This document shows positions 35,321-44,561 of a stretch of 64,000 nucleotides of DNA, piece by piece. Each line of letters opens with the position of its first letter. Positions within the stretch are counted from its first letter, which is position 1. The stretch is from positions 5,861 to 69,860 of the IMG/VR virus record IMGVR_UViG_3300049218_000083. One strand, 5' to 3'. The stretch is from a virus. Below the pieces are notes generated by a model. It did not search any database. It was not told where the DNA came from and was given only the letters and a program-made list of their open reading frames with translations. A program made the position numbers and the translations under genes.

Positions 35321-37039
35321 TTAATGATAGCTGTAACCAGAGTATGTCAGGCCACCTTCGTCACCCTGACTCTGACCGACTTCTTCCCAGATGATTCCAT
35401 CCTGCTTGAACTTCTTTGGACCTGGGTCGGCGACTACTCGCTTCATCTCAACTGGCATTTCGTGTGCCAAGTTCTGGATATGATCCTGGTATAGCTCTGA
35501 GCGCGTGTCGATAGCAGACATTGCCTTGAAGAACGCCTGGGTCGTTAGCCAAGCGAACAGCACCAGGGTCATAACGGTATCATCATTGCTCTCTTCGTCT
35601 GCTGCATACGTCTTGTTAGGCTTGATGACGAACGTTGTCAGCTCACTAATTGTGGTGAAGTCCTGGATCTGCAACTGGCTATTCTCAACCAATGCCTTGA
35701 GTGCATTACATCCCTGACGCTTGGTCTTTGGTGTTGTGCGAACACCTGCTGTACGCATAGATTGGGTTGTGACCTTTGTATCCTTGTACTGTGGATCTGA
35801 CTCTGTGTAGAATATGTTTTCGTATTCCAAATCATCGGCGAGTATCTTCAGCACTAATGAACCAATGTCATTGGATTCGCAGAGTACATATGCCATGTTG
35901 TAATAGGTTGCAATTTGATAGATCACAGATGGATACAGTTCAGCTGGCACATCGTTGGCATGGTATACACCAACAACCTTGTATGGCATGCTGGTAACAT
36001 CTACCACGCTGATTGCGTGATAGTCCAACTCTTTACCGTGGCTAACATCACAGCAAGCAACATAACGGTTGGTTGGCACCACGTCTTCATACATGTAGAA
36101 CTTGTTCTCGAACAGTTCCTTTACAGGATCGACATAGATTAGGTTCTTGAGCGCACGGCTGCTGATCAATGTACCTGCGGAACCCATGAACTCGACTTCC
36201 TGTTCCTGTAGGAACTTCTCCTCGCTCATTACAGATTTCTGGTCTTCCATCCATAGCTTGTTACGTCCAGGAACCTGATCCCAGGTCACTGTGATATGCT
36301 TGAACTTGGACTTCTTGTTCTTAGCATCCATGAACATCTTGTAGAAGTGGTTCATACCATTTGGTGTGCTGGATATGATAACCTTGGATTTCTGACCAGA
36401 TGAGATGGTTGGGTATACAGAAGTGAAGAAATTCAAAGCAACATTGTTTGGTACGTGGGCATACTCGTCCAGATACAACAAGCTGATTGTGTATCCTCGG
36501 ATAGCATTGCTTGATGTTGGTGCTGAGAAACAGCGAGAACCGTTCTCCAATAGGAAGCTGGTCTTGTTCCATACGACGATACCCTGTTGCATCCATAGCG
36601 GTACATGCATATACATTTCTTGCACGCGACTCAGAATTTCAGTAGACGTATCCTGCTTGTTAGCAAGAATAGCAACGGTCTTCAGGTCCTGGAATAGAAT
36701 ATACCATAGGATGTATGCAGCACTGGTCTGTGTCTTGCCTGACTGACGTGCAGCACGCATAATCAAACGGTTCCAACGGTGCATCTTATGCACCATACGC
36801 TTCTGATATTTGCGCAACTCAAATGGAATCAAACCAAGGTCGGTGGATACGATCTTGACATAGTTGACAATGAAGTATTCAGGGTCAGATGCGCAGCGCG
36901 TGTACTCTGTGATTTGATCCTGGGTCAACGCTATCTTTTGACCAATCTTCTTCAGTCGTGGATTGCTGTTGAACTTCTCAAGGAAGTCACTCGCACCCTC
37001 GACCTCTTGTACAATTGGAAATGTCTTTTGTTGTGCCAT
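35321..37039 (-). CDS. gp17: Terminase large subunit, T4 gp17-like
   Basis: Walker A RQSGKT, LYLDEYAHV, IISSTPNGMNHFY, nuclease DVS.G..DY and NDD.VM.LV. Confidence 0.97.
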   Translation of the reverse strand: MAQQKTFPIVQEVEGASDFLEKFNSNPRLKKIGQKIALTQDQITEYTRCASDPEYFIVNYVKIVSTDLGLIPFELRKYQKRMVHKMHRWNRLIMRAARQSGKTQTSAAYILWYILFQDLKTVAILANKQDTSTEILSRVQEMYMHVPLWMQQGIVVWNKTSFLLENGSRCFSAPTSSNAIRGYTISLLYLDEYAHVPNNVALNFFTSVYPTISSGQKSKVIISSTPNGMNHFYKMFMDAKNKKSKFKHITVTWDQVPGRNKLWMEDQKSVMSEEKFLQEQEVEFMGSAGTLISSRALKNLIYVDPVKELFENKFYMYEDVVPTNRYVACCDVSHGKELDYHAISVVDVTSMPYKVVGVYHANDVPAELYPSVIYQIATYYNMAYVLCESNDIGSLVLKILADDLEYENIFYTESDPQYKDTKVTTQSMRTAGVRTTPKTKRQGCNALKALVENSQLQIQDFTTISELTTFVIKPNKTYAADEESNDDTVMTLVLFAWLTTQAFFKAMSAIDTRSELYQDHIQNLAHEMPVEMKRVVADPGPKKFKQDGIIWEEVGQSQGDEGGLTYSGYSYH

Positions 37040-37578
37040 TACACTACTGGCCTATCCGTATCCACGTCATCATCCGCATCGTCCTGATCTTCAATTACCA
37101 CTGGACGAACGTCACGTACCATTGTCAACAGGTCAGCAGTTGTTCCAACGAACACTGCATTCTGCACCTGCAACGTGGTGTTACCCAATCCTGGGTTGGT
37201 ATTGCTCTGGCGAGCGTTATTGACAAGCGTGATTGCGTTGTTCTGAACCTTTTGATGGTCAGCATGTATCTTGAGCAGCTTTTCACTGATGTCCGCGTTG
37301 TGACGCAGCATAGCAGCAAGCACTTCGTAATGCCTTGCTGACATTGACTCACGAGAAACCTTCATGAGCTCTTCGATTGCTTCGTTATTCTTTCTGAGCG
37401 TATCGTACAGCGTCTCACGAGCAAAGTCAGCATCAGTCTTAGCCTTTTCAACCACGGACTGTGATTCGGCTAATGCGCGTCGCTGCTCGGTTTCTTCTTT
37501 CTCTTGATTGTTAGCAAGCACAACACCCAATGCTGCTGCCATCGCTTCCTTTCTGTCTATCGGTGCATCATCTATCAT
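37039..37578 (-). CDS. gp16: Terminase small subunit, gp16-like
   Basis: DADFARETL, ARHYEV.A.M, NAVFVGTTADL; directly upstream of gp17. Confidence 0.85.
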   Translation of the reverse strand: MIDDAPIDRKEAMAAALGVVLANNQEKEETEQRRALAESQSVVEKAKTDADFARETLYDTLRKNNEAIEELMKVSRESMSARHYEVLAAMLRHNADISEKLLKIHADHQKVQNNAITLVNNARQSNTNPGLGNTTLQVQNAVFVGTTADLLTMVRDVRPVVIEDQDDADDDVDTDRPVV

Positions 37579-37581
37579 GGT

Positions 37582-38601
37582 TTATACCGTCTTAGGGAAC
37601 TCTGTAATCGCTGTATTCACTGTGTATGTAGTAGAACTGTTCGCATTCGCTGGGTCTGGTGTGTTGGTAACGGTGGCAATGATGATGTTTGGTGTAGTCT
37701 GTGCGACTGGATAAGTTGCACCAGTGTTAACACCAGTGACGTTCTCGCCAGCCACGAATGTGCCCTGGACGTTGGTAACAACAAGTATTCCAGCGTTGGC
37801 ATTCCAAGAAGATACATTACCAGTTCCAGATGAATCTGGAAGGTTGGCACCCTGATATACGATTTCATTCAACTGGTATGTACCGATACCAGCTGCTGTA
37901 TTCATCGTCAACGTTTCTTCTGCAGGCATTCCAGCACCACCCAATGAACTGTCGATGTAGAAATTGGTGTTGACCTGAGTGATAACGTTGCCAGTGATGA
38001 TTGGACCAAAGAACTGCGCTTGAATGGTGAATCCTAGCGTCCAGATAATGGTTCGCTCTTTCTCTTGTGCATCACCTTCGTAGTCATCCTGACAGGTTAC
38101 AGAGTCAAGGAGGATAGGTGTATTGCGTGAGATACCAAGCTCCGGCACATAGTTGATTGTCAGCGTGTAGTCTGGTGAAAATACAGGCAGGATCTGTTCA
38201 ATCAACTGTTCGCCGTCTGCTCTGTTGCGCACATAGATGTACAATTCCATACCAATGTTCCATGGCACGGACTGATACTGCTGTTGTGCTGAACTACCAA
38301 CACCTGGCACCGTTACACTGTTGAACGTGCTAAGCTTACGGGATGGATCGTATTGGTAGCTGACAACCTCGAATGATGCGCGTGGCAAACTGATCTCAAT
38401 TGGCTTGGCACCACGTGGGTTCTCAAGCAAACGATTCAGGAAGTTTTCTTTACCAGCACGCTGAATAGGTACAGTCAAACGACTGATTTCCTGGTTGGTC
38501 ACGTTGTCATACTTGACCATCACCATGTTGTTGAACAACGAAGCAAACGCTGCGTTAATGTATCGTATCGTGCGGAAGTAATATGGAGGAAAATTTAGCA
38601 T
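37582..38601 (-). CDS. gp15: Tail sheath stabiliser/terminator, gp15-like, with C-terminal extra domain
   Basis: F.SLFN, LPR.SFE...YDP.RKL, QLIEQILP.F.P.Y, DDYEGD...R.IIWTL.F. Confidence 0.9.
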   Translation of the reverse strand: MLNFPPYYFRTIRYINAAFASLFNNMVMVKYDNVTNQEISRLTVPIQRAGKENFLNRLLENPRGAKPIEISLPRASFEVVSYQYDPSRKLSTFNSVTVPGVGSSAQQQYQSVPWNIGMELYIYVRNRADGEQLIEQILPVFSPDYTLTINYVPELGISRNTPILLDSVTCQDDYEGDAQEKERTIIWTLGFTIQAQFFGPIITGNVITQVNTNFYIDSSLGGAGMPAEETLTMNTAAGIGTYQLNEIVYQGANLPDSSGTGNVSSWNANAGILVVTNVQGTFVAGENVTGVNTGATYPVAQTTPNIIIATVTNTPDPANANSSTTYTVNTAITEFPKTV

Positions 38602-38880
38602 GATGTAACCTTCTTACAATTATCAAAGTGGTATCTGGACATATTTATGCTAGATCCAACCTTGCCACAATGTGGACATGTTCTAATTGCTTGTATAACT
38701 TTCTTTCTTGGTTTAGATAGTTTCCAAGTTTTACCAGTATTCATCCTGCCAACGTCCATATTGTTCGAACAAAATACGATGAGCTTCAGCGTGTTGTTCT
38801 ACAGTCAACTCAATCAAGTTAGATGGATCATCAGTTCCACCAGCATGTCTTGGAGTAATGTGATGTATGTGCATCAACAT
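38595..38880 (-). pseudogene. Internally deleted, frameshifted HNH homing endonuclease
   Basis: Frame 1 MLMHIHHITPRHAGGTDDPSNLIELTVEQHAEAH...WQDEYW* (stop 38731); frame 2 ..TCPHCGKVG..MSRYHFDNC. Confidence 0.8.
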
Positions 38881-39788
38881 TAGCTGTCTCCTTGCACGGG
38901 ATTCGACTCACTCCAGTTGAGAATATTGTTAGCGATAGCCTCGACATCATCATTGTCTGACAGTGGATGGTTGATAGAATCCAGCACGTCATATGACGCA
39001 AGAGTCCACTTCGCACCACTGTTAGCTCCAAATATGTAGGTGTTTGGTACGAACAATCCACTGATTGTTTTGAGCTGTAGCGTTTCGGTTGGCAAGTTCC
39101 AATTGACAATGGTAGCAGTAGCTGATTCCACACCATTGATATTGTTGTTGCTGGTTTGAAATACCTGTTCACTTTGATCGTATGAACCTGTGCCACCACT
39201 TTCCAACACAAAGTTGTATACGAACGCAATGCTGTTGATGACATTGGAAACTTCAGGCACGTTGGTTGTGACGACTTCGTCATTGTATCTGAACTTTTCA
39301 ATAATCAACGAGAAGCCATAGAATCCAGTCTCTGGTGCCTGTGGGTCAGTAGCACCCTTACCAAAGTCATAGAAGAAATACTCTTCATCGGCATACTTGA
39401 TTTCAAACAGCGCACCAAAGTTGCGCAACCAGATCAAATCACCTTCTTGTGGACGCAGATATGCGCCTTGGACTTCACGTTTCCAGGCTATGTTCGGCAT
39501 AAGCAAGCGTGCTTGCTTCTTTACAGTCAGGCCAAACTTACCAAACATTTCACCACCCTCGAAATTGTCCACGGACTGGACATAACATTCGATGGTATAG
39601 TTGTTGGCATATGCTTTGGTTGGGTCATCACCATACAGCAAATCAATGGTCTGACCTTCAGACTGTGAGGTGCGCGGTATGTATGTGACGTCTATTCCCC
39701 AAGTTTGTATAAACTCGTTGAGAAGGTCTTCGTGCAATCTTTGATCCTGAAGGCTGCCGAAGTTGTTCATTATGGTGCGTGTTACCAT
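38880..39788 (-). CDS. gp14: Neck protein gp14-like
   Basis: E.IQ.WG.DV.YIPR, F.G...FGKFGL, RP.EGDLI, LFEIK. Confidence 0.9.
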   Translation of the reverse strand: MVTRTIMNNFGSLQDQRLHEDLLNEFIQTWGIDVTYIPRTSQSEGQTIDLLYGDDPTKAYANNYTIECYVQSVDNFEGGEMFGKFGLTVKKQARLLMPNIAWKREVQGAYLRPQEGDLIWLRNFGALFEIKYADEEYFFYDFGKGATDPQAPETGFYGFSLIIEKFRYNDEVVTTNVPEVSNVINSIAFVYNFVLESGGTGSYDQSEQVFQTSNNNINGVESATATIVNWNLPTETLQLKTISGLFVPNTYIFGANSGAKWTLASYDVLDSINHPLSDNDDVEAIANNILNWSESNPVQGDS

Positions 39789-39922
39789 TTGATGGTATAT
39801 CCTGCTGGTTCAGTTCCTGGGATTCTCAGTATTCTATGGCCTAATTGACTTACGAAAAGTTTCCTACCAATTTTAGATGCTCCGACTTTTGCTCTGTTTT
39901 CTTTAGTTACCCAACAAACCAT
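39782..39922 (-). pseudogene. 46-aa homing-endonuclease remnant
   Basis: Manual translation MVCWVTKENRAKVGASKIGRK...PGTEPAGY; NUMOD-like; fills the gp13-gp14 gap with TAATG coupling. Confidence 0.45.
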
Positions 39923-40692
39923 TAACCAAAGTCGAAGTTTGCTGGTGCCTCGAACGTATCTCTGATGTATTGCTTGAGTCTGATGACTTCTTCATTGCCT
40001 TCGTCAAATATCTTCTGGCCATTGACGACCAAACCACCAGGTAGAGGTGTACTGCTGAATTTTTTCAAATTCGCGCCCCACTGGCGCTTGATCAGTGCTG
40101 TGGATAGCTGCTTGAGTGCTGGAGATGACCAGAACCTGGTATCCCCATCTGGTAGATACGTGTAGCATTCAGCAATGATGTAGCTTCCAACAGTTACGTC
40201 ACCACCCTGACCAAATCCCCAGTCAAGGTCGCAATTCAATATGTTGGTGTAACGGTTGTATCGAACTGGAATATCACCGATGAACAACATTTCCAGTGTA
40301 CGGATATGCTCATTTGCCAATTCGAAGTAAACATAGTCAGCGCTCGTGAAGTCATACAACTCATTGAGCCTGATCTGGTAGTTCAAGTCAAAAATGTTGA
40401 AGTTCTGAGCGCTGGTGCTATTGACTGTATCAGTTGACAAAGGAAACACACGCGTCACGTTGAAGCAGGTGTTTGGCATTGTGAAATACTGGTTGGCAAG
40501 AACGGCTGGCGTGACCAACAGGGAGATGTACTGCTTCTGTGTACCGTCGAACTCGAAGTCATGGATAAAGTCTAGAGCCTCATCGATACGGTCATCAGCC
40601 TGTTCTGGTGTGACATTGATATCGACAGCACCCTGACCAAGCTCACGGAAGCACCATCCAATCAGTTCTTGCTTGCTACTTGGCTGCGCCAT
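39922..40692 (-). CDS. gp13: Neck protein gp13-like
   Basis: L..WC.R.LG..V.INVT.EQ.DDRIDEAL, TALIKRQWG.NL.KF...LPGG...NG. Confidence 0.92.
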   Translation of the reverse strand: MAQPSSKQELIGWCFRELGQGAVDINVTPEQADDRIDEALDFIHDFEFDGTQKQYISLLVTPAVLANQYFTMPNTCFNVTRVFPLSTDTVNSTSAQNFNIFDLNYQIRLNELYDFTSADYVYFELANEHIRTLEMLFIGDIPVRYNRYTNILNCDLDWGFGQGGDVTVGSYIIAECYTYLPDGDTRFWSSPALKQLSTALIKRQWGANLKKFSSTPLPGGLVVNGQKIFDEGNEEVIRLKQYIRDTFEAPANFDFG

Positions 40693-40693
40693 G

Positions 40694-41494
40694 TTAGTAT
40701 CCTATCGCGAAGTATTTGATTGCGCTGGTTGTGATAGCACCACCAGAGTAAGAGGTTGACCAGATGAACGCATTCGCATTTGAACTGTTGACATAACATG
40801 GTGTAGCACCATTTGGTGTCAACGTCACAAAGAATGAATTGTTCGGGAACGATGTGTTGAAATTGTTGATCTTGACTGGACCTTCACCACCTGGAGCAGA
40901 AGCGAACTGGCCCCACTGAAGAATCAAACCGCTGGACAATTCAATGATACCATTAGCAGCCAGCGTTTGTGATGTTTGAATCAATGGCGCAATCCAGGTG
41001 CCGTCAGCACGCAAGAAGTTAGTCGTTCCACCGCCAGATGCAGGGACAACACCACGACCACTGGAAGTAAATTGACTCAACGCTGTTGTTGAGACAGCTG
41101 TTATACGACCACGTGCGTCAACAGTGAACACAGGGATAGCAGATCCATTGCCATAAGAACCAGCCGTTGCTCCAGAGTTGGATACACCAGTGTTTGCTAC
41201 TGCATAAGCAGCTTCGGCCACAGCCAATGCAGTAGCAGCATTGTTGATGCCATTGTTTGCCGCAGCATAAGCAGCCTGAGCGGTTGACTGAGCAGTAGCA
41301 GCAGCGCTGGCAGCAGCATTAGCAGCAGCATAAGCAGCAGTCGCCACGCTGTAAGCAGAATTGGCAGCACCATACGCGGTGTTTGCCTGACCGTATGCCG
41401 TACCGATGTTGGCAGAGAGGTTGGATAGCAAAACGTCCAGTGTCACATTGGCTGTATTACGAATTTGCTGTAGGAATGGTTCTTGCTGTGACAT
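40694..41494 (-). CDS. Fibre protein: Ala-rich AYxxAN heptads plus C-terminal LILQWG fibre-tip domain
   Basis: Heptad repeats, VDARGRIT fibre motif, GLILQWG; occupies the wac position upstream of gp13. Confidence 0.7.
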   Translation of the reverse strand: MSQQEPFLQQIRNTANVTLDVLLSNLSANIGTAYGQANTAYGAANSAYSVATAAYAAANAAASAAATAQSTAQAAYAAANNGINNAATALAVAEAAYAVANTGVSNSGATAGSYGNGSAIPVFTVDARGRITAVSTTALSQFTSSGRGVVPASGGGTTNFLRADGTWIAPLIQTSQTLAANGIIELSSGLILQWGQFASAPGGEGPVKINNFNTSFPNNSFFVTLTPNGATPCYVNSSNANAFIWSTSYSGGAITTSAIKYFAIGY

Positions 41495-41517
41495 GTTAAT
41501 CCTGAGGTGGCTGACTG

Positions 41518-41525
41518 TATTTAGG
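41518..41525 (-). promoter_or_regulatory. Late promoter (CCTAAATA)
   Basis: Intergenic upstream of 41494. Confidence 0.7.
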
Positions 41526-41539
41526 CATTACGAATTCAG

Positions 41540-42121
41540 TTAAAGTATCGTCACTGATACGTTTTCCTTGGCCTGAATCAAGTCGCCAGTGTTGGCACTG
41601 TTAACGAATACAAGCACCTGGCCAGTAAGAGTGTATATTGCGTTGCTGTTAGGCTGCTGCACACGGTTGTAGAAGATCACGACATTTGAGGTGTTTGCTG
41701 GAGCATATGATAGGTAGAAACTGTTCTGTCCCTGAAGTGCAATGAACTCATCATCCAGCACCTGGTTGACAACGTTCGGAGTCAATGGTTGTGTTACGAC
41801 TGCGCTTGGCAATACGATGAAGTCGCCGGACAACAGCTGAACTATTCCATTGCCTGTGTTAGCAATGATCGTGTAAAGATAGCTGCCATACGCAATGTTT
41901 GCTGTGTTGGCTGCATCCAGGGTGATCATGGTGTTACCATTGGCTGCGTCAAACGCAACGATCTTTAGATTGGCTGCTGGAAAGTTGCTGTACGGATTCT
42001 GACGTACAACACCAGTGAACGCATAGTTGGCAACGTTGATAGCGGTGCCGTTGTCATTCAACAGCTGCATATCGCTGCTGAAATCAGCACCTTGATATAC
42101 GAATAGAGTTTTGGTTGACAT
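41540..42121 (-). CDS. Virion structural protein (QGADF-type Ig-like adaptor)
   Basis: VYQGADFS...G.I.I.L.A..T..I..G.Y.Y pattern. Confidence 0.6.
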   Translation of the reverse strand: MSTKTLFVYQGADFSSDMQLLNDNGTAINVANYAFTGVVRQNPYSNFPAANLKIVAFDAANGNTMITLDAANTANIAYGSYLYTIIANTGNGIVQLLSGDFIVLPSAVVTQPLTPNVVNQVLDDEFIALQGQNSFYLSYAPANTSNVVIFYNRVQQPNSNAIYTLTGQVLVFVNSANTGDLIQAKENVSVTIL

Positions 42122-42124
42122 TCT

Positions 42125-42391
42125 TTAATCTGCCTGTACAAGTAGCCAAGCAACATTGGATACATCTGAACCACTGGTGCTATGAATTTGGAAACTGTTT
42201 CCAACGTTGCGTGAATTGACGTATGGAGTGCGTGGTGAGCCACCTGATCCACTGGCTCCGGTTGCTCCTGTTGGACCGACTGGACCTGTTGCTCCACTCG
42301 CACCTGTTGCGCCTTGGCCACCGCTACCAGCTGGACCAGTTGCGGCTACGAGTTTGAAATCTTGGGTTTGGCCTGAAACGATGACTTTCAT
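42125..42391 (-). CDS. Short protein with collagen-like G-X-Y stretch
   Basis: [22 protein letters not shown]. Confidence 0.6.
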   Translation of the reverse strand: MKVIVSGQTQDFKLVAATGPAGSGGQGATGASGATGPVGPTGATGASGSGGSPRTPYVNSRNVGNSFQIHSTSGSDVSNVAWLLVQAD

Positions 42392-42412
42392 TGGGAGTCC
42401 TGGTTGATACTG

Positions 42413-42433
42413 TATTTAGCCAACCCATAAATA
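42413..42433. promoter_or_regulatory. Back-to-back late promoters (GCTAAATA minus 42413-42420; CATAAATA plus 42426-42433)
   Basis: Two late octamers at the strand switch. Confidence 0.6.
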
Positions 42434-42438
42434 CCAAG

Positions 42439-43074
42439 ATGAACGATGTAATAGAACAACTGGACAAGGCTTTAGCGACGGCAACTCGATACGATGACCC
42501 ATATGTCCTGTATCAGTTCAAACCGTTCAGCGATGACTTCTACCATCTTTTGCGATCTAACTTGCCAGATGAAAAACACTACTACGAGTTTGACCACCCA
42601 GACTCCATGCGTCCGGATGGATCAAATTCTCGTTTGATCCTATCATTCAGAGAACGATTGGATGCTTTGCCAGAACCACAACGCACGTTTTGGAAAGAAC
42701 TGAACACCGTGTTACGCAGCAAAGAACTCTGTGATATTGTTAAGAAATATCATGCACCAGAGTATGGTGATCTCCATGCTGTCCCAATGCTTCAGAAAGA
42801 TAAACTTGGATACACCATCAAGGTTCACCCAGACTGGGTTCGGAAAGCGATTACGATGCAGTTCTATTTGCCTTCGGATGATAGTCTCAGACAATACGGA
42901 ACAGAAATTTACCGAACCAAAACAGAGAAGGTTAGAACACTGGATTTCTTACCCAACACAGGCTATTCATTCAAAGTCAGTCATAATACTTGGCATGCTG
43001 TTTCACCAATTGGTAATGTAGTGCGTGATTCCATGATGTTGATCTATTACTTTGAAGAGTGGGAAGAGAAATGA
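42439..43074 (+). CDS. 2OG-Fe(II) oxygenase superfamily protein
   Basis: HxD (KVHPD), distal H (TWHAV), R.S (VRDS); start set at ATG 42439. Confidence 0.8.
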   Translation: MNDVIEQLDKALATATRYDDPYVLYQFKPFSDDFYHLLRSNLPDEKHYYEFDHPDSMRPDGSNSRLILSFRERLDALPEPQRTFWKELNTVLRSKELCDIVKKYHAPEYGDLHAVPMLQKDKLGYTIKVHPDWVRKAITMQFYLPSDDSLRQYGTEIYRTKTEKVRTLDFLPNTGYSFKVSHNTWHAVSPIGNVVRDSMMLIYYFEEWEEK

Positions 43075-43634
43075 ATGAAGTGTACATAGTTGCTGGCGGC
43101 CCATCACTTGCTGACTTTGACTGGCGTTCGCTTGATGACAAACATGTAATTACAATCAACAACGCAGCATTCAAGTTGCCCAATGCAAAGTATGTCTATT
43201 TCTGCAACAGAGATTGGTTCGAGAAATGGAAATATGAACTGAGAGCGCATAAAGGAATAGTCATACAAGGTTCAGTTCCAACCGATTCAAACAACGTCGT
43301 ACATGAACTGTGGGTAGAACGTTGGGCGTTCGTAGATGGGTTCGGTTTGACCACGAAACATGGTTGCCTTATACCAGGAGGCAACAGTGGCTATGCCGCA
43401 ATCAATCTGGCTGTCCAGCTAGGATACAAGAAAATCTATCTACTCGGTTATGACATGAAGCATGACGGTGATAGAGCAAACTATCACGATGATCACTTAT
43501 GGCACTCATCCAAAGAAAGCTTTCCTGGATGGCTTCGACGGTTTGAAGATCTTGTTCAGCCTTTGAAAGATTTGGGTATCCAGGTTGTTAACCTGACTCC
43601 AAATTCTGATCTGAAAGTATTTCCAGTTACTTGA
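43071..43634 (+). CDS. Glycosyltransferase-like Rossmann protein (sialyltransferase/Maf-DUF115-like)
   Basis: IVAGGPSL, I.INN, NSG.AAINLA..LGYKKIYLLGYDM. Confidence 0.7.
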   Translation: MNEVYIVAGGPSLADFDWRSLDDKHVITINNAAFKLPNAKYVYFCNRDWFEKWKYELRAHKGIVIQGSVPTDSNNVVHELWVERWAFVDGFGLTTKHGCLIPGGNSGYAAINLAVQLGYKKIYLLGYDMKHDGDRANYHDDHLWHSSKESFPGWLRRFEDLVQPLKDLGIQVVNLTPNSDLKVFPVT

Positions 43635-44391
43635 AGGTGAAATAAGCACCACCGTTTATACCAGGGTGTGATGTTCCAACGATAACTGCACCATTACCAC
43701 CTGCACCCAATGCAATACCGCTGGGTGATCCTGTAACAGGTGTTCCACCTGTACCTGTAGAAGTTCCTCCAGCTGTGTTTTGAACATTACCACCGGATGC
43801 AGAACCACCAGCACCACCACCTGTAGTTTTACCACCAACACCAAAATTGGCAGTCATTGTTGTGATGCTCAATGTTCCTGATGAACATACAGAGTTTGTT
43901 CCATTTGATCCATTACCGTGCACCACACCACCAGCACCACCAGTTCCAACTGTAACAGACAATGTCTGACCACCTGAGCAACTGTATGTACTTTTGGAAT
44001 ATCCACCTGCACCACCACCATAACCGGGAGAGGTAGAACAGCCTGATCCAACGTTACCTGATCCACCACCGCCACCGCCCCAAATTTCTATAGTCACAGA
44101 CGTTGCGCCTGTTGGGATTGTAACTGTTTCAGTGCTTGCGACATTGACAGAATATGTTGCTGTTCCAAGAGCAGCAAATATGGTGTTCAAATCATTGCCA
44201 CCGCTGTGAACACCAGTGGCAGAGTTTGCAGATCCATGAGATAACGCAGCAAACAGCGTGTTAAGATCCGCTCCACTAGATTTGATGCTAGTTGCAGATG
44301 CTGTTGCAATTGATCCTATGCTTCCACCAGTGACGTATGGTGCAAAGATAGAAGAAAGATCAACACCAGCATGTTCAACGTTAGTTGTCAT
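43627..44391 (-). CDS. Gly-rich fibre-associated protein
   Basis: T.TIP.G...V.IE.WGGGGGG...GGG.GGY...G.GG glycine-rich domain. Confidence 0.75.
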   Translation of the reverse strand: MTTNVEHAGVDLSSIFAPYVTGGSIGSIATASATSIKSSGADLNTLFAALSHGSANSATGVHSGGNDLNTIFAALGTATYSVNVASTETVTIPTGATSVTIEIWGGGGGGSGNVGSGCSTSPGYGGGAGGYSKSTYSCSGGQTLSVTVGTGGAGGVVHGNGSNGTNSVCSSGTLSITTMTANFGVGGKTTGGGAGGSASGGNVQNTAGGTSTGTGGTPVTGSPSGIALGAGGNGAVIVGTSHPGINGGAYFTFK

Positions 44392-44561
44392 TATGTGTTA
44401 GGTGTAGGTGCTTTCATGTTGTGAACATTGTGCCAATGATCTACAGTTTGATCTTGTGTAAGACCAACAATTCCTGTTAAGATATCCGCAACCTTCGCAA
44501 AGTCTGGATTCGTATAAAGCGACTCAAACTCCGCATTTGCTGTATTTGCTGTGGTATCCAT
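44391..44561 (-). CDS. Small hypothetical protein (56 aa)
   Basis: Manual [15 protein letters not shown]...; TAATG coupling at both ends. Confidence 0.55.
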   Translation of the reverse strand: MDTTANTANAEFESLYTNPDFAKVADILTGIVGLTQDQTVDHWHNVHNMKAPTPNT

